This document shows, piece by piece, positions 24,691-35,698 of a stretch of 64,000 bases of DNA. The stretch is from Okamejei kenojei (Eukaryota). The DNA is taken from the NCBI GenBank assembly GCA_035221665.1, contig CM069174.1, forward strand, positions 10,106,001-10,170,000. Reading direction: 5' to 3'. Position 1 is the first letter of the stretch. Each line of letters begins with the position of its first letter. The translations under genes were made by a program, and so were the position numbers. The notes beneath the pieces were generated by a model that was given only the letters and a program-made list of their open reading frames with translations, was not told where the DNA came from and did no database searches.

Positions 24691-25918
24691 CCAGTTCAGA
24701 GCACAAACGGGTTCACCTGACATTTCCCTGCATCCTATCCCGAAGTTTCAGACTGGTATATTCATCTATTGTGAGATAGAAAATAGAAACATAGAAAATA
24801 GGTGCAGGAGTAGGCCATTCGGCCCTTCGAGCCAGCACCGAGATCTGTGTCCGTTTTAATTTTAAAATGTTAATCCTGTGAATGTAGTTTTTCCAATGTA
24901 AAGGGTCGTGCGAGGTTGGCAACAGCTCTGCTGCTGTCGATGTGCCTTTGTTACCCGAGTCGGTGTGTGAGAGCAGAATTGGGGTTTGAAGATGAAGTGG
25001 TTGGTGCACAGAGAGGATTAAATCTAAATTTACACGCGGTGAGAACTTGGAACGGGGATGCAGACAGGCACCGGCTCTCTGGCTCGCCATCTCCAGGCGG
25101 ACAGCTTCCGCTCAACAGTTTGTCCGCTGGTGCCTCTGCAGCTCTCAGCTGCCGATGTCTGACCAGGCTTCCGACTGCCACCATCAACATGGGGCTTGGT
25201 TTGTGTGCCGTTAACAGGTGGGCAGAGGGGCAGTTGAATCCCTGGTTGCCCGCAGCCCACAAGGTTGAACCTGTCCCAAGTATTTATTGAACCACTGCAC
25301 TGATGCTTAACCCAGACCATGCCTTTGGTTGTAAAGAGCGCTGGGAGTTTGTGGCACAAAATGTAGTGTCCTACAGTGTGGAAAGGGGCTCCTCGGCCCA
25401 ACTTGACCATGCTGACCAACATGCCCCATCTATACTAGTCCCACCTGGCCCATATCCCCCTAAACCCATCCTATCCATGTACCCGTCCAAGTGCCTTTTA
25501 AACGTTATGATAATATCTGCCTCAACTACCTCCTCTGACAGCTCGTTCTATACACCCAACACCCTTTGTGTAAAGAAAAAAAAACCCTCTCACCTTAAAC
25601 CTATATCTCTGGTTCTTGATTCCCCTACTCTAGGCAAGGGACCATGCATTTACCTGATCTATTCCTCTCATGATTTTGTACAACTCAATAAGATCACCCC
25701 TCATCCTCCTGTGCTCCAAGGTATAAAGACCTCGCCTGCTCAACCTCTCCCATTTTATGTCTTTGTGAATCTATAGGGAAGATATTGAGAATAATAGATG
25801 TTGTGTAATAGGACACGATGAATAACCACATCAGTAAAATGTGCAGCAACGTGACATCTATTATTCTCAATATTTCCCTCTAGTTTCATGTTCTTCCCTG
25901 TCCGCCCTTCCCCTGCAG

Positions 25919-25977
25919 CAAAAACACAACTGAATGGGGGAATAAAAGCAGATGAAAGGCAGTCAAGGGACCAGGAA
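25919..25977 (+). CDS. LIMA1: Candidate LIMA1 exon (59 nt, phase 1 to 0)
   Basis: Strong acceptor ttcttccctgtccgcccttcccctgCAG, donor GAA|GTAAGA. Only one frame is open: KTQLNGGIKADERQSRDQE. Confidence 0.55.
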
Positions 25978-27451
25978 GTAAGATGAAAATTACAATTTGG
26001 TCTGTCATAGTTGTGTAGCACAGTAATGGGCCTTCAGCCCACCTGCATTAATCCCATTTGCCCACATCTTTGGAGTGAACATCTTTTTAAGTCTTGGTTT
26101 AAATGTTCCTGGTCAGAGTTATGAATTGCACCATTGCTGCAGAGTGCAGCTGTCGAATCTGTAGCAGTTCTGTCCCCTCTTGGACCTCCATTTTGGTCTG
26201 TAATGCTGCCAACATGCTCATTGTAGTATTGGGACTACACCTGCCTCTATTGCCTCTGTGCAAGCAGTTTGAGCTCCTGATTAATTCCTTGGTTTATTTT
26301 TAATTTTAAATGCCCTGTAATTTAACCAGCTTGCAAATGAGGGCAGACTGTTTTGCAAGACCATTGTGATGTTCTTTTGATTCTCTGCATGTTTGTGCTG
26401 CCTTTATCTGCTGTAGTCTGACATATGCACCAGTGACCTTGAAATACACGCAAGCAACGGCAATGAACAGAAAGAGAATGTGCCACCAGAACCTTTGACC
26501 AGCACCTCCCCCCATGCGGAGCTGCAGAAGGTATGTCAGCGTTCTTTAGCAGGAATAGTTGTACAGTATTGATCCCAGCAGGGCTGACAGAGTCATGGCT
26601 GAGTTGTTTCTACTTGAACCGTAGCTACTTTGTTTCAAGAATCCACCAGCTTGACTTTGGCTCGATGCCTGGATTCGGAGAATGGCAAATTTGCTTCCCT
26701 TCCATAGTTTCGGGATCAAAGCCTCCCATTACCTTTAGAATTCCCTTGAACCCCTGAAGGTCGATGGTGTCCTCCACCCCTTTTCCTGATGTTGTGTGAT
26801 TTAGTATTTGCTGGTGTGTGAGATGTCCCGAAGTGCCCGTTCTTGTATCCGTTGCAAACATCGGGACGTGTTTCAATTTTCAGTAGATGCGTCCGCACGC
26901 TTTCTTGGCTGCCTTGATAATTGTGAATGAGTGCCCTCTTCTGGTCAGCCCACACTCTGCAATCTCCATTGTTCACAGTTTTCACACTGCTGCCAATCAA
27001 CACTCCCTAAAATCTGCAGTTTGGTCATTTATTACTCTGCTGCTTGTAGCTCCTGGTGCACAAATAGTCTCTTGTGATTTTCCACATTATTGCACTCATT
27101 GCTGGCATATTTCAAATCCTTCAGTTTCTGGAGAACTTCAAAGCAACGCAGGATTAATTCAGGGCCTGCGTTGCCTGCTGGCCTCTTGATGAAACCGCTT
27201 TTCCAAGTAACTTTTCTGGAGTTGGGCACCGCACCTTGAAACTCCCTGCATGTGAGGAACATATCGCCATAACCCAGCAGCTTTACATCTGGTCTGAAGA
27301 AGGGTCCCAACTCGAAACGTCGCTTATCCATGTATTCCAGAGATGTTGTCTGACCTGCTGAGTTATTCCAGCTTCACATCTCTGACCAGTGATTCTGGCT
27401 TCTGCAATGCCAAGTTGTTCCAGTTTCATCCACCACTTACTTTAAAAACAG

Positions 27452-27637
27452 AACCTAGTCTGTGGAATTCTCTGCCTCGGCAGTGGAGGCAGGTTCTCTG
27501 GATGCTTTCAAAAGTGGGCTAGATAGGGCTCTTAAAAATAGCAGAGTCAGGGGATATGGGGAGAAGGCAGGAACGGGGTACTGATTGGGGATGATCAGCC
27601 ATGATCACATTGAATGGCGGTGCTGGCTAGAAGGGCA
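27452..27637 (+). mobile_element. CR1-clade LINE 3' end
   Basis: ctgtggaattctctgcct...ggatatggggagaaggcaggaacggggtactga; same subfamily as 8058-8490. Confidence 0.8.
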
Positions 27638-27849
27638 CCATGGTTTAACTTAGTATTCCAATCTCGGGAATTTTTAGCTCCAATCTCTCGCTCTCCAATC
27701 TTTTTTACACTGCTGGCCAGAGGATTAATGGTTGAATCAAGGTGTCCTTTACCCACCAGAGTGTAAGCGCATTGATCAGATTGAAGAGCAGCAGGAATTT
27801 CGTGCACTAGTAAATGCAACTTTCCAATTTCCTTTGTGCTTTTCCTCAG

Positions 27850-27919
27850 GGCTCTGTGATTGAGAGCACCCAATCCTCTTGGAAAAGTTTGCTTTCTGAA
27901 AGATGGGGAGATGCCCAAG
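27850..27919 (+). CDS. LIMA1: LIMA1 internal exon (70 nt, phase 0 to 1)
   Basis: Strong acceptor tttgtgcttttcctCAG, donor AAG|GTAAGG. Reads GSVIESTQSSWKSLLSERWGDAQ; phase matches the next exon. Confidence 0.75.
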
Positions 27920-28493
27920 GTAAGGGATGCTGCAGTTACCCACACGAGTCCTTCCTGTACCAGAGCCACCCAGACACCACCCCTACCCCTAGCCACCCAG
28001 AGCCCGACTGCCTCTGGGGTTCTGCCCTGTGGGGAGGAATATAATGTTCACGCTCTAAATTATTCAAAGTCAGTGGACCAAATGGAGCCCGGCTTTGGTC
28101 AAGGCACTAACTGGCTGTTGGCGGTTTAGTTCCGGAGCCGTGCTGAACGGGGATCCCAGTGTATCAGCCGCTCTGCTGTGTCGTTGAACTCTGGAGTCTG
28201 CCTGTGCACAGGGTCCACGTATTTCACCGGGGAATCTGCCCCCCTCGCCCTCCACCACCCAGACTGGCAACAGAATGCTATTATCCCAAACCCCATGGGG
28301 ATCTGTGGTCAGCTGCTGCTACACAACCATTTCCAGCCAGAAGGTGGCACACTAGAGGCCTTGCCATGTTTGCATTTCAAACAGAAAATAAGCACTGATC
28401 CTCTGTTTGTGCTGGCACCTAACAAAGCAATCACTGTGGGTTTTAATTCATTCTTTTAATCCTTTTTAATTAAAAAACTGAATTTTAATGCAG

Positions 28494-28585
28494 AAAATGA
28501 AGGGATGTCAAAGCTTTCAACTGACGATATAAAACAACAAAGACCAACCATGGAAATACAGAATATTCCAGCCAAACCTGTTAAG
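28494..28585 (+). CDS. LIMA1: LIMA1 exon preceding the LIM domain (92 nt, phase 1 to 0)
   Basis: [30 protein letters not shown], ending like human ...PPKAMK. Acceptor ttttaatgCAG, donor AAG|GTAGGT. Confidence 0.8.
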
Positions 28586-28783
28586 GTAGGTGTTCCACTG
28601 GGTGGCATTTATGTTCAACTTTACAGCAAATAGTGCAAAAAAAAAGCGTCTTCCTCTTCAGTCATCTTTGTCTCCCTGCTAACGGCATCTGTCCACACTA
28701 CACTGGTGTTGCTCCAACATCTCGCCACATGTGGCTGCTCTCTGTGTAAGCTCGGGTGATAAGCGAGAGCAATGGGTGGTGAA

Positions 28784-28784
<1 letters not shown>

Positions 28785-28832
<48 letters not shown>
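28785..28832 (+). repeat. Poly-G tract (about 48 nt)
   Basis: Uninterrupted G run about 200 nt downstream of the LIMA1 donor at 28586. Confidence 0.9.
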
Positions 28833-28833
<1 letters not shown>

Positions 28834-29034
28834 GGAGGAGGAGCTTAAATACCTTATTTCACATTGGATGTCTCCTAGGATTGGAAGTCTTTTGCTGTGG
28901 AATACTTTGTCTGAAATCGAGGGCAGCTAAATCCATTTGCAGTACCCAAGATCAGCTAATCTGGAGGAGAAGTGTGATGAAAGCTGACTCAGTGGGTCAG
29001 GCAGCATCACTGGAGAACATGGATAGGTGCCGTT

Positions 29035-29473
29035 TCATAGAAACATAGAAAATAGCTGCAGGAGCAGGCCATTTGGCCTTTAGAGCCTGCACCGCCATTC
29101 AATATGATCATGGCTGATCATCCAACTCAGTATCCTGTACCTGCCTTCTCTCCATACCCCCTGATCCCTTTAGCCACAAGGGCCACATCTAACTCCCTCT
29201 TAAATATAGCCAATGCACCGGCCTCAACTACCTTCTGTGGCAGAGAATTCCACAGATTCACCACTCTCTGTGTGAAAAATGTTTTTCTCATCTTGGTCCT
29301 AAAAGACTTCCCCCTTATCCTTAAACTGTGACCCCTTGTTCTGGACTTCCCCAACATCGGGAACAACCTTCCTGCATCTAGGCTGTCCAACCCCTTAAGA
29401 ATTTTGTAAGTTTCTATGAGATCCCTCCTCAATCTTCTAAATTCTAGCGTGTACAAGCCGAGTCTATCCAGTC
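29035..29473 (-). mobile_element. CR1-clade LINE 3' fragment (open frame)
   Basis: RLDRLGLYTLEFRRLRRDLIETYKILKGLD...RTRGHSLRIRGKSFRTKMRKTFFTQRVVNLWNSLPQKVVEA...*, with a (tttctatg) tail. Confidence 0.92.
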
Positions 29474-31630
29474 TTTCAGGTCGGGACCCTTCTTCAGACA
29501 AGCTCCTTCAGGCCCGGAGTCTGAAGAAGGGTCACGACCTGAACCTGACCCGCTAAGTTACTCCATGTTGTGTTTTTTTCTTTGTAAACCAGCATCAGCA
29601 GTCCCTAAACCTTGGATCGGTTTAATGCTGCCCCTGTCTGTCTGTAGTCCTGGTGCCTGGAGAGCTTCCAGTGTTTGCACAAGTGACTCCCTTATCTCAG
29701 TGGCAGACCTTGAGCCTCCAAGTTTGTCACTGGGATAAGGAGAGGAGTTTTGAGCCGAGCAAATAGCCCGTCTCCTGGACACTGCTCGGTCACCGTCCAG
29801 AGAGTTGCAGCACAATGCAGCTTGCGTCTAAGTTGTCAGCCACCTGCTGCGTGGAGCCTTTCTCCGGCGCTGGGTTGCCATGGTTACACGACCGATGAGC
29901 TTATTACCACATCTGTTGCCATGCTAATCTGAATGGAACTAGAATTAACTGCTCCCTAGAGAAGATCCAAATGGAGATTGGGTATCTGTCAGTGACCAAG
30001 TTGTTCAATCCTCCAAAGTAGGCTAATTTCTTAAAGGGGAATTTTGGCCATAGGATATCTACCTGGGATTCCGTGCTCTCTTGGTGACTATTGAAAACAT
30101 TCATTATATTTCCAGCTTTTCATACATGAAATGTTTAGAATAAAATCTTATGGAGAGATTTCGTTTGACGTTTTAAACAATCAAGGGGAGGGGAACACGT
30201 GAAGAATTGTTTAGCCGCTTTCAGTACTAAATCATTTTGTGATTATAAACTCTTTTGATATTACCGTTTGACATCCTATTGCTTGTGATTATATTGCTGC
30301 TTAATCCTATTTCTTTGCCTATTTTTCAGCTTCTACCTGTTCCTGAAGTATCCCTTTTCTCTCTCTGCATTCCTCTCTCTCCGATATGAGGTTCTGTTTG
30401 CTCTTTGTAATGAAACTTGACATTTTGTTAAACTTTAACAAAAATTGTTTGATCTGAATTGATGTCTGAGCAACATGCTGCCCTTGTCCTGCTTCCGTTA
30501 ACTGCACAACTTATCCAAAGCTCGTTCAGCTTAAGCTGCATGGCTGTGTTGCTATTGGGTAGGGAGAGGAGGATTACAGTTTTGGTTTGCATTTATGTAG
30601 ACGCTTTTTTTAAAAATTCTTAGGGTGTCAAATAATTGTGGGCATTCTTATTTATGGATTTGGGCAAGCTGGTGCCAAGTATGCCAATGCTGCCATGTAA
30701 GGGTTGGGGTTTTGGGAACAAGATCAGTAGAAAAGCTTTTCCATACCATCCCTTTTGCCCACCCCCACAAAAAATTGAGGACTTTGCATAATTTCTGATG
30801 TAAACTTGATAGTTTTCAATGTAAAGCAACATTTGGACTCGCCAAGATTTTTGTTTGAGCCCAACGTGATCTAGAAACCTCGTCACCATCTCACCAGGTT
30901 GAATGCTGAGAGGGCAGTTGCTCCATGAGGGGAGGTTAAGTTGACTGGACCCCTCATGAGTTTGGTACAATGGGAGGGGATCTCATTGATCTACGCACAA
31001 TTATTTCAGGGCTTGACGGAGTGGGGAGTCAGAAACCAAGGCCCACATTTACAAAGCAAGGTGTTGTCCATTGAGGATAAGACACAAGGAAGAATTCTTC
31101 ACCGAGGTTGGTGAATCTTTGGAATTCTCAACCCAAGATGCCAATGGAGGCTTGGTCACTAAGTATATTTAAGAGAGACCGAATAGATTTTTGGATGTTA
31201 AAGAAATCCTAGGATGTGGGTCAGTGCAGAGGTGAAAGGTGAACCATGATCTTACTGAATGGCAGAGCAGCCACAAGGGGCTGAATGACCTGTTCCTACT
31301 TTTTCTCCTGGTGCCAAGGCTGTTTGAAGATGTCACCTTGCTCCTCCTCCTCTTCCTGACCCTGTTCTGCTAATCTGTGTTTGACAAATAATTGGGGAAA
31401 CTGTTTGGAGAAAGCATCAAAACCAAAGTCTAAACTGAATTTGCAAAATCCAAATGTGAGATCCTGCTAATTTGTCCATCTTTGCTGCCGACTTTCTCCA
31501 AGCCAGTCTCTCCTCTGATTCCTTTGAGATCAAAAGGACATTTTGAACATGTGAAGTGGTGCCAGTTAATCCTAATGTCTTGTCACAGTTCAAGATTGTG
31601 CCTTGGTGTTCTTGTACAGTTTTCATCTAA

Positions 31631-31798
<168 letters not shown>

Positions 31799-32852
31799 TG
31801 AGGGCTCTGACTCTGCTTTCACCCTTAGTCCCTGTCTAAAATGTGTTCTCTTGAACCTCTGGCCCTCCTCTCCGAACAAATATGGGTAACGATAAACTTT
31901 GCATGATTTTCCCTTGGGCTTTTGCTTCCCACCACCTCAAGCCAATGCTCCATACAGACAATACATTCCCAACCCACACAAACAAGAGGCCTGCCTTTGA
32001 TTTATCAGTAGGATTCTGGGCTTTGTGCTTGCAGGTGCAATGCCAGGCAGACGCAGCCAAATGGGACTGGGTCGGCACAGACGGGTTGGGCCAAAGGGAC
32101 TGGATAGCTCTAGATCCAGTCCACATGCTTACTATCCCTCACCGCACATCTTTCTCTCCAAATAATAAATACCATAAAACTCTGAGAAGCTGGCCCTCCT
32201 GAGTGCTGGCAAATTCTCCTGACACCTGTTAATATACAAACACATTTTTTATTTTGCTTTTGCCACACTGCACTGTAGTATAATTTCCCAGTGAACCTGG
32301 CTGAGTTTAAAGGGAGCAGGATGTACACTGGCCGCCAGCTCCAGGTGTAAATGCACCCACGTTGCGATTCCCAGCTCTACCCGCCCTCCAGACTGACGAG
32401 CGATCCAGACGTTGAATCAAAGCGTAAGGGATGATCGCTGGTCAGTGTGGACACAGTGGGCCGAAGGGTCTGTTTCCATGCTGTATCTCTAAAAACTTTT
32501 TAAAAACTGAGCACCCAGAGGAATCCCACAAGGTCACAGAACATGCAAATTCTGCATAGACAACACGGGATTGAAACCGGGTCTCTGGCGCTGAGGCAGT
32601 ATCTGCGCCTCTGCCACCCGAAACCTTTGAGTCTGGGTGGGGAAGAAGATAAAGGGATAATCTTGCCTCTGGGATGAGGTAAGGATTTGGAGAGTCTAGT
32701 TTGGGATCCACTGATTAACCAACTCCATTGAGATTACAGTCCTGTAATGCTGCCATGTTGTGCTTTGTTTCTTTGTCTGCATTTAATAACAACTTTTGTT
32801 TGGCTGAGGCCTGCGCTGCGGGTCCTTGTTCTCTCTTTGTGAGCTGCCTTAA

Positions 32853-33896
<1,044 letters not shown>

Positions 33897-35685
33897 ATAC
33901 TGTGGATATGGTGACTTACATGTTTTAATTGGTGACTGGCCTTTTGGGTTCTACATGTCAGTATCAGCTCACCTTCCTGCTGCAAAGTGGTTTATTCACG
34001 TGCCTATGTCAAAATTAACATTTTGTAAAGAAAAATAACTATAGTAAGAGGAACTGACTGCTACATTTAAGTTTGGCGGTACACTCTGGGCACACTGTGA
34101 ATCCTATTTCCTCTCCACTGGTATTTGTTGCCAACCTCAAAAGGTGTGTGTTGGAAAGTGGCTGTGGGATGGTCGCAGTTAAAGGTGCAGTGAGGATCCA
34201 GTGTGTGGCCGTAGCTCTGGGCAACACTCGCTCACTCACTCACTCGGCTCCAACACTATATAAATAACCTTCTGGCTAAGTTGTGATTCCTTTTACACGT
34301 TCTATTTGGTCGACTCCTTTAATGCCCCTTCCAAATGGTCTCCCAATATTTGTTGTAGAAAGGATGTATTAGGCTGACCAAGAAATAATGTAACAATCCA
34401 GTAACTAAAGGCACCTAGATTATCAAGGTTTTACGGAGCAAAAAAAGTCAGTAACTGAGATTGAGGTAGCTGTGTCTTTTTAATTGCCCAGCCCCTGTCT
34501 ACATAACAGCCTTGAAGTGAAAGGCTATCGCACGCTCTGCTCTTTTTTTGGGGACATCATACTTGATTGAATGAGTTTGCCAGCGAGCTAGAGATCAGTC
34601 ACTCCCATCGCAGAGGCTGTATGATTTGTCACCAGCCTGCTTTAACAGTCTTTTCCCTATATGGGAGTTTCACGGATGGGTAACCATGTCATTGCAAGGA
34701 TTATTGCCTTTTGCATCCAAGTTGTGCATCAAATTCCAGTGAGATGAAAATGGAGGCATTAGAATAACGCCACTTTTGCAGCAATAGTGTGGGATGCCAA
34801 TCTGACATCAGTCTTCAGTCAATCGGCCTTTGTTCCCCATTCTCTGTATCATTTTAAACCTTGTTTTTACATACGGACAGCATGTGTATGAGGACGGGAT
34901 GCTGCTGAAAATATTAAATGTTTTTGATTTTATCTTAGATGGGAAGTGAAGAGTATGATATGTGCTATGGTTTGCAGTTTTAATCTGACCTTTCTGGTAT
35001 TTGCGAAATGTTCCCCAGCGTTGGACTCTGCTTCCTGGGCGTGTGTTGGGCGTACCACTACAACCTCTTGTGGTACTTGATTTGGTTTAAGGTGATCTTT
35101 AATTGTAATCACAGGTAAAGTCGGTCTTTTATTGTGCTTGATGTTACCCACTTTACTGTTGATCATTGCGTTCTTAATTCCAATTTTTAAAAAAAAGCAA
35201 TAATGCATAGATTGCTGGGGACCTCTTCACTGCCCGGGGATTACTTTCTTGCTCTACGTGTCCTGTGTTGAGACAACCAAATGATAGGTAGATCTCCAAC
35301 AACACAGACATCACAAAGTTTCTTTGAAAAGTGATACCAACTGTCCATGATGCTGTCTGGGTCAGCGTTAAATCGGAGCCCATTGTGTGTTGTGGACCCC
35401 ATCTCTGGTAACTGAGTCTGCCCACACTTGTTTCTGGGAGACCCCTGCAGCCACGAGATGAGGGAGAACTTGCATTCCGTTCATCCAGGCTGGAATTCCT
35501 ACTGCTCAGTCCACAAAACACAGAGGCAGATAGTCGAGCTCGTCCATTGAAATCAAAAATGGCTCAAGAAACATTCAAATTGAACTTTGGAGTAAAAGGA
35601 CTGACGACCGATACTGTTGACTTTTGCGTACAACTATTTTCCAGTGTGTATTGTCTGTGTCATGATTTTTTTTTGTTTAGCATGT

Positions 35686-35698
35686 AATAAATAATAAA
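35686..35698 (+). terminator. Tandem AATAAA poly(A) signals of LIMA1 (3' UTR about 1.8 kb)
   Basis: AATAAA at 35686-35691 and 35693-35698, preceded by a T-rich stretch with TGTA and followed by a GT/T-rich element (gtgtttttg). Confidence 0.7.
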
